Below, piece after piece: positions 29,433 to 38,934 of a DNA stretch of 64,000 nucleotides. Both the position numbers and the translations under genes were made by a program. This stretch comes from an uncultured Chromatiales bacterium (lineage in GTDB: Bacteria; Pseudomonadota; Gammaproteobacteria; Steroidobacterales; Woeseiaceae), in contig CBDUMZ010000005.1 in the NCBI GenBank assembly GCA_965368465.1, positions 35,596 to 99,595 on the forward strand, in the 5' to 3' direction. Under the pieces are notes generated by a model. That model did no database searches. It was not told where the DNA came from and worked only from the letters and a program-made list of their open reading frames with translations. How positions within the stretch are numbered: the stretch's first letter is position 1; every line of letters begins with the position of its first letter.

Positions 29433-31319
29433 ATGAAACTCGCGTACCAGGGACTGCTGCTGACAGCCGCCCTCATCCTGACAGCCTGCGGCGGCGGTGC
29501 CGGATCCACCGCCGTTACCGATCCCATGCCAACCGCCCAATGCGACCCGAATGACCCGGCGACGCACTCCGAGTGCGGCACCGTACTCGTTGCCCTCACC
29601 GATGCAGACGGCGATTTCCTCAACTACACGGTCGATGTCCTGTCGCTCGAACTGGAAACAGCCAACGGCCGCATCGTTGAGACACTGCCGCGCACGACGC
29701 GCATCAACTTCACCGACTACGTTGACCTGACCGAACTGGTAACGGCCGCCACCGTGCCGCCCGCAATCTACGTTGCCGGCACGATTCGCCTCGACTACAG
29801 CAATGCGGAAGTTTTCGTGGAAGCCGGAGACGCTTCCAAGGCAGCTATCGTCAGGGACGTCGATGGCAACGTCCTGACCCAGACGGAACTCAGGATCGAG
29901 CTTTCGAACCGCGAGCGCCTCGTCGTCACCCGCGGCCGACCCGCGCTGCTGCAACTCGACTTCGACCTCGCGGCATCGCATACCGTCGATATCGTGCCGA
30001 CCCCGGCCGAAGCCGTATCCGAGCAGTTTATTCTCGCGGAAGTCATGCCCGTCGACGAAAAGGACATACGCGTTCGCGGCCCCCTGGTTAGCGTCAGCCA
30101 GGACGAGATGACCTACACCGTGGCGATACGCCCGTTCCACGACCGCCAGGGTGATTTCGGACGCCACACGATCCACGTAAGCGGCGAAACGGAATTCGAA
30201 GTCAACGAAGAGATGTATGTCGGGCTGGACGGCCTGCGTGCACTCGAAGCCGCCGGCCCGGGTACCCCCACCGTTGCCGCAGGCACACTGAGCGTTGCCG
30301 CTCGCGAGTTCACCGCCGATATCGTACTTGCCGGCTCCAGCGTCCCGGGCATCCATCGCGACGCCGTGGTTGGCAACGTCATCAAGCGTGAAGGCAATTT
30401 CCTCACGATCCGCGGTGCCACGATCATTCCCGCGGATCGCCGCGCACACTTCCACGACGACGTCGTCGTCGAAGTCGGCCCGGACACGCGGGTATTTCGC
30501 GACGGCCACCGCCTGAGCGATCTCGGTATCGACGCGATTTCGATTGGCCAGCGTGTGACCGTTCGTGGTTCGCAGCCGACACCGACGACCGACGCCGCGG
30601 CACCGCAGATCCTGTTCGACGCGACCCAGGGCGTGGTTCGTATGCACCTGACCCGCCTCAGCGGTATCGTCAACACGGTCATGCCGGGCCAGACCGACAT
30701 CACGTTGCATGGCATCGACCGCCGCCGCGTAGAGATCTTCGACTTCGCGGGCACGGGTGCATCGGCCGAACTCGATGCCGATCCCGACAACTACGAGGTT
30801 GCAACCGGCAACTTGACACTGGCGAACTTCGCCGCCGGCAAGGCGATCGTCGCGAAGGGCTTCCCGAACGCGTTCGGCACGGCGCCGCCCGACTTCGCTG
30901 GCCGCACCGTCATCGACTACACGGACGTTCGTAGTGCACTGGGTATTGGCTGGGGTGCTGAAGGCACGGCTGCGCCGTTTGCGAGCATTGGTCCCGACGG
31001 CCTGACGCTCGACAACGACAACGAAGACATCGACGTGCGCCACTACATCAAGCAAGGCCCGGTCCTTATCGACCTCACCGCGCTGAATTCCGACACCGTT
31101 ATCGTGCCGCGCGAGTCCAACCGGAAGGCGTTCTACATCAAGTCGGCCGACAGCATGCGCATGTACTCCGATTTCGCCGACTTTTTCGTCGATCTCAACG
31201 CAAGCCTCGACGGCGCTACCGTGGCCCGCTCGATGCATGCGCGCGGCCAGTACGACGCCGACAGCAATGTCTTTACGGCCTACAAGATTGGCGTTTACCT
31301 GATTGAGCCAGTGAACTGA
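29433..31319 (+). CDS. Large lipoprotein of unknown function (N-terminal region DUF4382-like)
   Basis: Lipobox LILTACGGG, AAGGAGA RBS, and an N-terminal VLVALTDADGDFLNYTVDVLSLELE pattern reminiscent of DUF4382. Acidic, Thr/Val-rich, beta-rich composition. Confidence 0.75.
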   Translation: MKLAYQGLLLTAALILTACGGGAGSTAVTDPMPTAQCDPNDPATHSECGTVLVALTDADGDFLNYTVDVLSLELETANGRIVETLPRTTRINFTDYVDLTELVTAATVPPAIYVAGTIRLDYSNAEVFVEAGDASKAAIVRDVDGNVLTQTELRIELSNRERLVVTRGRPALLQLDFDLAASHTVDIVPTPAEAVSEQFILAEVMPVDEKDIRVRGPLVSVSQDEMTYTVAIRPFHDRQGDFGRHTIHVSGETEFEVNEEMYVGLDGLRALEAAGPGTPTVAAGTLSVAAREFTADIVLAGSSVPGIHRDAVVGNVIKREGNFLTIRGATIIPADRRAHFHDDVVVEVGPDTRVFRDGHRLSDLGIDAISIGQRVTVRGSQPTPTTDAAAPQILFDATQGVVRMHLTRLSGIVNTVMPGQTDITLHGIDRRRVEIFDFAGTGASAELDADPDNYEVATGNLTLANFAAGKAIVAKGFPNAFGTAPPDFAGRTVIDYTDVRSALGIGWGAEGTAAPFASIGPDGLTLDNDNEDIDVRHYIKQGPVLIDLTALNSDTVIVPRESNRKAFYIKSADSMRMYSDFADFFVDLNASLDGATVARSMHARGQYDADSNVFTAYKIGVYLIEPVN

Positions 31320-31361
31320 GATAAGCCCTCAACTCCCCCGCGAGACTTATCATTTGGCTCC

Positions 31362-31394
31362 GCCCCGCCGCCGCAAGGTGGCGGGGCTTTTTTT
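31362..31394 (+). terminator. Rho-independent terminator
   Basis: GCCCCGCCGCC-GCAA-GGTGGCGGGGC hairpin (GNRA loop) followed by TTTTTTT, 43 nt after the lipoprotein stop. Confidence 0.85.
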
Positions 31395-31433
31395 CAAAAG
31401 GCCCAGTACCCGGCGAGGAATTCTCGCCCGGCT

Positions 31434-32243
31434 CTACCAGCGCAGCGGAGCGACCACTCCCTCGAGCGGCCAGTTCCTGAGCCTCGCCATCGCTGCGAGG
31501 TTATCGACACGATCGCCCGGGTCGGGATGGGTCGAGGTATACGTCGCCACAGCGAGCCCTGGACGATCCACGCTGTCCCAACGCTCGAACAGCCGCCACG
31601 CCTCGTTCACATGCCCGTACTGGGTGTAGACGAGCTCCAGGCCGAACTCGTCGGCCCGGGACTCCTGCTTGCGACTGAAGCCGCGCAGGGTGATGTCAGC
31701 GACCCGGATACCGAGGCCTGACTCGTCGCTCCCGATGGTCGCCGCGAAAAACATCGACAACACGATGCCTCTGCCAAGCGCCCGCAAGTGATCGCGATTC
31801 CTGAAATGCCCCAACTCATGCCCGAGAACGAAGGCCAGTTCATTCTCGGATTCGACCTCGTCCAGCAATCCTTCGGTGACGACAATCAAGCCGCCGGGCA
31901 GCGCCATCGCGTTGGCGATCGGGGAGTCATTGATCTCAACCCGGAAATCGTAAGGTGCATCACCCCAGTGGAAAGACAGGCGGTCGACCAGCAGCTGGGT
32001 CTGGTTGAGACGCTCGTCGTCCGGCGAGACCGTGACGAGATCTTCCGGCAACCAGTTTTCGAACAGGGCGACTTCTTTCTCGACGGGAATAAAGAACAGC
32101 GCAATCTCGATAAGGAAAATCAGCACAAGCGCGATGGCCACGAAGAGAATCGTCAAGCCGACGATAAGCGTGCCCGCCTCGACCAGTGGATGCGTATCGG
32201 AAACGTTAATTCCCTCACGCGGTTGGCGCGGAACGAATCTCAC
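31434..32243 (-). CDS. Membrane-anchored M48-family zinc metallopeptidase
   Basis: N-terminal TM segments, HELGHF zinc motif, and a downstream ESRADEFG third-ligand region typical of M48. Confidence 0.85.
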   Translation of the reverse strand: MRFVPRQPREGINVSDTHPLVEAGTLIVGLTILFVAIALVLIFLIEIALFFIPVEKEVALFENWLPEDLVTVSPDDERLNQTQLLVDRLSFHWGDAPYDFRVEINDSPIANAMALPGGLIVVTEGLLDEVESENELAFVLGHELGHFRNRDHLRALGRGIVLSMFFAATIGSDESGLGIRVADITLRGFSRKQESRADEFGLELVYTQYGHVNEAWRLFERWDSVDRPGLAVATYTSTHPDPGDRVDNLAAMARLRNWPLEGVVAPLRW

Positions 32244-32746
32244 GATGGGCGTGCAAACCTCGAGGCAAACCTGACTGCCGTACCGTAGGCGAGCATTTCT
32301 ACGCCCGCCGTCCTCTTGCCCTCACCCGACGAATTCGCAAGTCGCGAGGTTTCGAGACGTACATTGAAGATCGCATCGTAGCCGTCTCTTCTTGCACTTT
32401 CGATCATGCGCAGCATGGCTTCCCGGCGCGCACGGTCAAGCAGCGGTTCGTACGTCTTGATGCGTCCGCCGACAATCGCGCGCAAGCCTGCGATGACGCG
32501 TTTGAAGTAATCGAGAGACACCACGACGCTGCCGCTCACGAGCCTGCCTGAACCTGCATTCCAGTCCTTAGGCATGGTATCGAACGACACTACGGGGAAT
32601 TCAACGTTCTCGGTCTCGCGCGTGCGAATGCTGCGAAAGTGCCTGCGCTCTATCCACGTACCGGTAAAGTAGGCCAGCAACAGCAGGATCAACGGCAAGC
32701 CGAAGTTCACGAGCATATCCAGTATGTCGAAGAACCCGGTATCCAC
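32240..32746 (-). CDS. Membrane-anchored YbjQ/UPF0145-domain protein
   Basis: TM helix LVNFGLPLILLLLAYFTGTWI, then a UPF0145-like domain (AGLRAIVGGRIKTYEPLLDRARREAMLRMIESARRDGYDAIFNVRLETS...AYGTAVR). A GTG start at 32746 or ATG at 32716; the longer track ORF overlaps the upstream gene. Confidence 0.7.
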   Translation of the reverse strand: MDTGFFDILDMLVNFGLPLILLLLAYFTGTWIERRHFRSIRTRETENVEFPVVSFDTMPKDWNAGSGRLVSGSVVVSLDYFKRVIAGLRAIVGGRIKTYEPLLDRARREAMLRMIESARRDGYDAIFNVRLETSRLANSSGEGKRTAGVEMLAYGTAVRFASRFARPS

Positions 32747-32747
32747 G

Positions 32748-33062
32748 TCACTCGACCCGTACGGCCGTACCGTAGGCGAACAGCTCCGCGGCACCCTGGG
32801 CAATTGAGCTCGTGGCAAAACGTACATTGACCACGGCATTGGCGCCCATCGACTGGGCCTGCTGGATCATGCGCTCGGTTGCCTCATTGCGTGAGTCCTG
32901 CAGCAACTCCGTATAACCGACCAGCTCGCCGCCAACGATATTCTTCAGCCCGGCCATGATGTCGCGCCCGATATGCTTGGCACGCACCGTGTTGCCCGTC
33001 ACCACACCGTAGAACTGGACGATCGTGCGCCCCGGGATGCTCTCCGTGTTACTGATTTCCAT
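32748..33062 (-). CDS. YbjQ/UPF0145-family protein
   Basis: 104 aa. AGLKNIVGGELVGYTELLQDSRNEATERMIQQAQSMGANAVVNVRFATS...AYGTAVR is the classic UPF0145 pattern. Confidence 0.88.
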   Translation of the reverse strand: MEISNTESIPGRTIVQFYGVVTGNTVRAKHIGRDIMAGLKNIVGGELVGYTELLQDSRNEATERMIQQAQSMGANAVVNVRFATSSIAQGAAELFAYGTAVRVE

Positions 33063-33064
33063 GA

Positions 33065-33340
33065 ATGTCCCTCGTTAGTAATCCTGGCCGCTATGGTAGC
33101 ACCGCGCGATTCCGGGGAATCCTCAGGATGAGGTCCGGATCCGTGCTTGTAGCGGCCGTCTGCCACGCCCTCTGGAACGGTCTCGACTACCCGTTGTTCG
33201 GTTTCGGCGAGAACATCGGCGCGCTCGGCATACGGCAGACCCACCTGTTTGGTCCCGAGGTCGGGGTTGTCGCAATCCTGCTGAACGGCGCATTCCTGCT
33301 ATGGATCTGGCGGAAATACGGCGGATCGGGAACGAAATAA
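33065..33340 (+). pseudogene. Probable 3' remnant of a CPBP (CAAX/Abi) intramembrane protease gene
   Basis: Only the last ~65 aa resemble a CPBP C-terminus (VLVAAVCHALWNGL, the HxxxN motif, plus a final TM). No upstream EExxxR motifs are possible because ybjQ starts 3 nt away on the other strand. Confidence 0.4.
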
Positions 33341-33429
33341 AGCACGCTTTTCATTGACTTGTGCCCAATTCGGTCTACACTCCGATCAGCCGAGCTTTTC
33401 GGCTTTTTATTATTTATTAGGAAATTATT

Positions 33430-33636
33430 GTGTCCAGAACTACCGGAACCGTTAAATGGTTCAACGAAGCCAAAGGCTTTGGCTTTATTGAGCAAGAATC
33501 AGGCCCAGACGTATTTGCGCATTTCAGCAATATCTCGGGCGATGGCTTTAAGACCCTGGCCGAAGGCCAGAAGGTCGAATTCACTGTCACGGACGGCCAG
33601 AAAGGCCCCCAGGCTGAGAACATCGTAGCCATCTAA
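33430..33636 (+). CDS. CspA-family cold-shock protein
   Basis: [15 protein letters not shown] (RNP1), DVFAHFS (RNP2), 68 aa. GTG start with a ~90-nt AT-rich leader. Confidence 0.95.
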   Translation: MSRTTGTVKWFNEAKGFGFIEQESGPDVFAHFSNISGDGFKTLAEGQKVEFTVTDGQKGPQAENIVAI

Positions 33637-33658
33637 GCCTTACCAGGTTAGAGAGAAA

Positions 33659-33690
33659 GGGCGGACCCTCCAAAAGGTCCGCCCTTTTTT
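33659..33690. terminator. Bidirectional intrinsic terminator between csp and the PFOR gene
   Basis: GGGCGGACC-N8-GGTCCGCCC followed by TTTTTT on the + strand, and preceded by an A-rich run that gives a T-rich tail on the - strand. Confidence 0.85.
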
Positions 33691-33712
33691 ATTGCCCGGT
33701 CGATACAGAGGA

Positions 33713-36700
33713 CTAGCCGGCGCGCTCGAACTGCCCCGGTTCCTGCTTCGCGAGATGCACATACGTCTCCCAGCGACGATCCACTGTCTCCTGGGCCATC
33801 TGCATGAGCCGCTCGGCTTCCGCCGGATTGCTCTTGGTGAGCACCTTGTACCGATTCTCGTTGTAGGCGTAGTCGCGCAGGGGAATCGTCGGCCGGGTGG
33901 AATCCAGCACGAACGGCTTCTGCCCCGCGGCGCGCAGCGCCGGGTTGTAGCGAATCAGCGGCCAGTAGCCACTCGCCGTGGCCAGTTGTTGCTGCCTGAG
34001 GCCGTCCTTGAGGTCGTAGCCATGCGCAATACAGTGGCTGTACGCGAGAATCAGCGAAGGACCGTTGTATTCCTCGGCCTCACGCATCGCGAGCAACGTC
34101 TGCTGCGGGTTCGCACCCATCGCCACCTGCGCGACGTACACGTTGCCGCTGGAGATAGCCTGCAGAGCCAGGTCCTTCTTGCCGATGCGCTTGCCCGCGG
34201 ACGCGAACTTGGCCGACGCGCCCAATGGCGTTGCCTTGGACATCTGTCCACCCGTATTCGAGTAAACCTCGGTATCCATCACGAGGATATTGACGTTGCG
34301 GCCGCTCGCCAGCACGTGGTCAAGACCACCCGAGCCGATGTCATAGGCCCAGCCGTCACCACCGACCAGCCAGATACTGCGGCGAATCAGGTGATTGACG
34401 ATCGACAACAGGGCCGTCGCTTTCTTGTTCTCACGACGAGCGGTAATTTCCTCGAGGCGGCGGCGCAGCTTCTCCACCCGGCGACGCTGGCGTCGGATTT
34501 CACTACCGACGCGCTGCCCCGCATGGACGAGGTGATCGGCGAGTTCGTGACCAATATCTTCCCTGAGTTCGGTGACGAGTTCCTTGGCGAGTGTCATGTG
34601 ATGATCGGCTGCAATTCGCATGCCCAGCCCGAACTCTGCGTTGTCCTCGAACAGCGAGTTCGACCAGGCCGGCCCGCTACCCTCGGCGTTCTTGGCCCAG
34701 GGTGTGGTCGGCAGGTTGCCGCCATAGATCGAGGAGCAGCCGGTCGCGTTGGCGACCATCAGGCGCGGCCCGAACAACTGGGACAGGAGCTTGACGTAGG
34801 GCGTCTCGCCGCAGCCCGCACACGCGCCCGCAAACTCGAACAACGGCTGCAGGAACTGGGCACCGCGAACCGATGAGAAATCGACAGTCGCACGATTGTT
34901 GTAACTGAGCGATTCGAAAAATTCGATATTCGTCCTGCCCTGCTCGAGAATCGGACGCTTGTCCGTCATGTTGATCGCACGGACTTCGGGGTCGTCCTCA
35001 CTGCGCACCGGACAGGCAGTGACGCAGAGATTGCAGCCCGTGCAATCCTCGAGGTACACCTGCAGCGAGTAGCGCGTCTCCGGGAAACCACGCGCCGATA
35101 TCGGCGCTGACGGGAATCCCTCGGGTGCCTCTTTGAGCGAACTCTCGTTGAAGAACTTCGCGCGAATGACGCTGTGCGGGCAAACGAATGCGCAATTGCC
35201 GCACTGGATGCAGAGATCCGGTTCCCACTGTGGCACACGATCCGAGACATTGCCCTTCTCGAACATCGTCGTTGCGCTGGGATAGGTACCATCGACCGGC
35301 AATGCACTGACCGGCAGCTCGTCGCCATGGCCACGCATCATCTGGGCCGTGACTTCGCGCACGAAACGCGGCGCACTGGCCGGTACGACATCGTCGAGTA
35401 AGCGTTCGCTCGTGGCCTTTGCGGGCACGTTTACCTGGTGGAGGTGATCGAGTGCCGCATCGACGGCCGCGAAGTTCTTGTCGACGACGGCCTGTCCCTT
35501 GGAGTGATACGTCTTCTCGATCGCTTTCTTGATCTGCTCGATCGCCTCATCCCTGGGCAGGACGCCCGACAAGGCAAAGAAGCATGCCTGCATGACCGTG
35601 TTGATGCGCTTACCCATCCCTGCTTCGCGCGCGACGCTCGTCGCATCGATCACGTAGAACTGGATCTTGCGGTCAATGATCGTCTGCTGCACCGACTGTG
35701 GCAGCTCATCCCAGACTTCGTCCGGTCCGAAGGGGCTATCGAGCAGGAAGACCGCGCCTTCCGCAGCGTCCTTGAGAATCTCGATCTTGTTGACCTGGTC
35801 GAACTTGTGGCACGCGATAAAGTTCGCGGACTGGATCAGGTAAGGCGAGTGAATCGGCTCAGGCCCGAAGCGCAGATGCGATACCGTGCGCGACCCGGAC
35901 TTCTTCGAGTCGTAGACGAAGTAGCCCTGGCAATAGAGGTCGGTATTTTCGCCGATAATCTTGATGCTGTTCTTGTTGGCACCGACCGTACCGTCCGCGC
36001 CAAGCCCGAAGAACAATGCGCGAGTGGCATCTTTTCCTTCAATCTGGAATGACGGGTCGAACTCGAGGCTCGTGTGCGTGACATCGTCGTTGATGCCGAT
36101 CGTGAAGTGATTCTTCGGCTCGTCCTTGAGGAGTTCCTCAAACACGGACTTGACCATCGCGGGCGTGAATTCTTTTGAAGACAGACCGTAGCGACCGCCG
36201 ATAACGCGCGGCATCGACGCCCGCTTACCCGCAATCGTGGCTTCGGCCAGTGCCGTCATCACGTCCTGGTACAACGGCTCGCCGCTTGCGCCGATTTCTT
36301 TCGTGCGATCCAGCACCGCGATCGATTTCACGGTGTCCGGTAACGCTGCGAACAGGTGTTCGTTCGAGAACGGCCGGAACAGGCGCACGTTGACCATGCC
36401 AACGCCTTGGTCCGGCAAGGCATCGATCGTCTGCATGACGGTCTCGGTACCCGAGCCCATCAACACGATGACTCGCTCGGCTTGCGGGTCGCCATAGTAG
36501 TCAAACAGCTTGTACTGCCGACCGGTGAGCGCTGCAAACCGGTCCATCATGTCCTGGACGATGCCCGGCGTCGCGGCATAGTAGCTGTTCACGGTCTCGC
36601 GACCCTGGAAGTAGACGTCCGGGTTCTGCGCCGTGCCGCGAATGAAAGGATTGTCAGGATTCAGTGCGCGCCGGCGATGTTCGTAGACCAGGTGATCGTC

Positions 36701-37282
36701 GATCATCACGCGCATCTCGTCTTCGGAGACGAGATCGATCTTGCTGACTTCATGCGAGGTACGGAAACCGTCGAAGAAGTGGATAAACGGCACGCGGGCT
36801 TTCAGCGTTGCCGCGTGGCTGACCAGGGCGAGGTCCTGAGCTGCCTGTACCGACGAGGCGGACAGCAGCCCGAAGCCCGTCGTACGAGCCGCCATGACGT
36901 CCTGGTGGTCGCCGAAAATCGACAAGGCTTGCGCCGCGAGCGAGCGCGACGCGACGTGAAACACCGTTGCTGTGAGTTCGCCCGCGATCTTGTACATGTT
37001 GGGCAACATGAGCATCAGGCCCTGCGAGGCCGTGAAGGTGGTCGTCAATGCACCCGACTGCAGCGCGCCATGCGCAGTGCCGGCGGCACCCGCCTCACTC
37101 TGCATTTCAATAATATCGGGCGTCTGCCCCCAGATATTATGCTTGCCGAGCGCCGACCAGACGTCGGCTGATTCTGCCATCGGTGATGACGGGGTAATCG
37201 GATAGATCGAGCAGATCTCACTGACCGCATAGGCAACTCTCGCTACGGCCTCATTACCCTCCAGTGCACGTTTCTCAGTCAT
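33713..37282 (-). CDS. nifJ: Pyruvate:ferredoxin (flavodoxin) oxidoreductase, single-polypeptide type
   Basis: 1189 aa. N-terminal GNEAVARVAYAVSEICSIYPITPSSPM, internal ferredoxin domain CIQCGNCAFVCP/CTGCNLCVTACP, and ThDP domain GGDGWAYDIG. Confidence 0.95.
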   Translation of the reverse strand: MTEKRALEGNEAVARVAYAVSEICSIYPITPSSPMAESADVWSALGKHNIWGQTPDIIEMQSEAGAAGTAHGALQSGALTTTFTASQGLMLMLPNMYKIAGELTATVFHVASRSLAAQALSIFGDHQDVMAARTTGFGLLSASSVQAAQDLALVSHAATLKARVPFIHFFDGFRTSHEVSKIDLVSEDEMRVMIDDHLVYEHRRRALNPDNPFIRGTAQNPDVYFQGRETVNSYYAATPGIVQDMMDRFAALTGRQYKLFDYYGDPQAERVIVLMGSGTETVMQTIDALPDQGVGMVNVRLFRPFSNEHLFAALPDTVKSIAVLDRTKEIGASGEPLYQDVMTALAEATIAGKRASMPRVIGGRYGLSSKEFTPAMVKSVFEELLKDEPKNHFTIGINDDVTHTSLEFDPSFQIEGKDATRALFFGLGADGTVGANKNSIKIIGENTDLYCQGYFVYDSKKSGSRTVSHLRFGPEPIHSPYLIQSANFIACHKFDQVNKIEILKDAAEGAVFLLDSPFGPDEVWDELPQSVQQTIIDRKIQFYVIDATSVAREAGMGKRINTVMQACFFALSGVLPRDEAIEQIKKAIEKTYHSKGQAVVDKNFAAVDAALDHLHQVNVPAKATSERLLDDVVPASAPRFVREVTAQMMRGHGDELPVSALPVDGTYPSATTMFEKGNVSDRVPQWEPDLCIQCGNCAFVCPHSVIRAKFFNESSLKEAPEGFPSAPISARGFPETRYSLQVYLEDCTGCNLCVTACPVRSEDDPEVRAINMTDKRPILEQGRTNIEFFESLSYNNRATVDFSSVRGAQFLQPLFEFAGACAGCGETPYVKLLSQLFGPRLMVANATGCSSIYGGNLPTTPWAKNAEGSGPAWSNSLFEDNAEFGLGMRIAADHHMTLAKELVTELREDIGHELADHLVHAGQRVGSEIRRQRRRVEKLRRRLEEITARRENKKATALLSIVNHLIRRSIWLVGGDGWAYDIGSGGLDHVLASGRNVNILVMDTEVYSNTGGQMSKATPLGASAKFASAGKRIGKKDLALQAISSGNVYVAQVAMGANPQQTLLAMREAEEYNGPSLILAYSHCIAHGYDLKDGLRQQQLATASGYWPLIRYNPALRAAGQKPFVLDSTRPTIPLRDYAYNENRYKVLTKSNPAEAERLMQMAQETVDRRWETYVHLAKQEPGQFERAG

Positions 37283-38934
37283 GCTTGCGCCTCTTCAGTG
37301 GCCGGTTCATCGATCATCTCGATCGCGTGACACGGACACTGTTCGTAACACACGGCACATCCCGTGCACTTGTCGAAATCAAATTTGTAGCGCTTACCTT
37401 TACCCAGCTTGATGATCGCATCCTGCGGGCAGGCGCCGTAGCAACCGTCGCACTCGAAGCAGTTGCCGCACGACAGGCAGCGCCTCGCCTCGAACAATGC
37501 TTCCTCTTCGCTCAGGTTTTGCAGAACCTCGTCAAAGCCCTTGCCCCGTCGCTCGATCGGCAGGCGTTGCTGCTCTTTCCGCGGCGCATCGGTGCGATAC
37601 CACAGGTGCAGGCGCTCATGCCCGATAATGTCGTTGCGCGGTCCGCGCGTGTACTTGGCGTCGTTCAGGAACGCATCGATATGTCGCGCTGCGTGCTTGC
37701 CGTGACCTACGGCAATCGTCACCGAGCGATCGCTGGGCACCATGTCACCGCCGGCAAAGATCCCGGGATGGCCCGTCATCATGTTGTCATCGACGACAAC
37801 CGTGTGGTCCCATTCGAACTTGATACCGGGTACAGACTCGAGGAAGGCTGTATCCGTATCCTGCCCGAGAGCCAGGATCAGCGAATCGGCTTCGAGCTCT
37901 TCGAACTTGCCCGTCGGTTGTGGGCGACGATTCTCGTCGAGCTCCATGATCTCGACCTTGAACGTCGACTTGTCGATCTCGTTGATCGTTCGCAGCCAGT
38001 TGATCTTGACGCCCTCTTCGAGCGCCTCGTCGGCCTCGAAGTCGTGCGCCGGCATGCTGCTGCGGTCACGCCGATAGATGATCATTGTCTCGGCACCGAG
38101 ACGCTTCGCCGTCCTGGCAGCATCCATTGCCGTGTTGCCACCGCCGTAGACAGCGACTCGACGACCCAGGAGTGGCGCCTCACCTTTGTTCGCCTCGCTC
38201 AGGAACGACACGGCATCGAGGATCTTGCCGGCATCGCGGTTCGGGATCTCGATCTTCTTGCTGATGTGTGCCCCGACGGCAACGAAGATTGCGTCGAATT
38301 TGCCCTCTTCCTTTTCCTTGAGCACGTCCTCGACACGATGATTGAGCGTAATTTTCACGCCCATGTTCTCGATGCGATCGATCTCGGCCGCCAGTTCGGC
38401 GCGCGGCATCCGGTACGCCGGGATACCGAAGTGAATCATGCCACCGGCTACCGGCCCGGCCTCACGGATCTCGACGTCGTGACCAAACCTGGTCAGGTGA
38501 TACGCGGCAGAAAGCCCGCTCGGGCCCGCGCCGACGATCAGGATCTTCTTGCCGGACTGCGTTGCCGGTTTTTCAAACTGCCAGCCTTTCTCCAGCGCGA
38601 GGTCGCCGAGGAATCGCTCGACGGCGTGAATGCTGACCGTGCTGTCGGTATGGATGCGATTGCAGGCATCTTCACACGGGTGGTAGCAAACGCGGCCATG
38701 AATCGATGGCATCGGGTTGTTGCGCACCAGCTCACGCCAGGCCGCTTCGTACTCGCCGTCCTGGGCAAGCGCAAGCCAGGCCTGGATATTCTCACCGGCC
38801 GGGCAGGCATTGTTACAAGGTGGAAGAAAATCGACGTACTGGGGACGGCGCGTGCGCAGCGCTCCCGTACCTCGGCCGTGGCGCGTCAGGTCCGCGCGCT
38901 GTGTCAGGTCTTTGGTATTCATAGTCGGGGCCAA
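37279..38934 (-). CDS. GltD-like NAD(P)H-dependent FAD oxidoreductase with a C-terminal 2x[4Fe-4S] ferredoxin domain
   Basis: N-terminal Fe-S region (CNNACPAGENI...CYHPCEDAC), GAGPSGLSAAY and YGGGNTAMD dinucleotide folds, and C-terminal CLSCGNCFECDGCYGACP/CTGCAVCYEQCP. Its stop overlaps the nifJ start (ATGA). Confidence 0.88.
   Translation of the reverse strand: MAPTMNTKDLTQRADLTRHGRGTGALRTRRPQYVDFLPPCNNACPAGENIQAWLALAQDGEYEAAWRELVRNNPMPSIHGRVCYHPCEDACNRIHTDSTVSIHAVERFLGDLALEKGWQFEKPATQSGKKILIVGAGPSGLSAAYHLTRFGHDVEIREAGPVAGGMIHFGIPAYRMPRAELAAEIDRIENMGVKITLNHRVEDVLKEKEEGKFDAIFVAVGAHISKKIEIPNRDAGKILDAVSFLSEANKGEAPLLGRRVAVYGGGNTAMDAARTAKRLGAETMIIYRRDRSSMPAHDFEADEALEEGVKINWLRTINEIDKSTFKVEIMELDENRRPQPTGKFEELEADSLILALGQDTDTAFLESVPGIKFEWDHTVVVDDNMMTGHPGIFAGGDMVPSDRSVTIAVGHGKHAARHIDAFLNDAKYTRGPRNDIIGHERLHLWYRTDAPRKEQQRLPIERRGKGFDEVLQNLSEEEALFEARRCLSCGNCFECDGCYGACPQDAIIKLGKGKRYKFDFDKCTGCAVCYEQCPCHAIEMIDEPATEEAQA

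Noticed and set aside
29367-31238. 623-aa ORF antisense to the lipoprotein gene
   Set aside because: Its composition (Arg/Ala/Gly/Val/Asp/His-rich, no recognisable motifs) is typical of shadow ORFs in high-GC DNA. The sense-strand ORF has a lipobox, an RBS and a terminator.
33341-33429. Possible riboswitch or structured RNA upstream of csp
   Set aside because: An AT-rich ~90-nt leader is standard for cspA-family genes. I could not identify a specific conserved element by eye.
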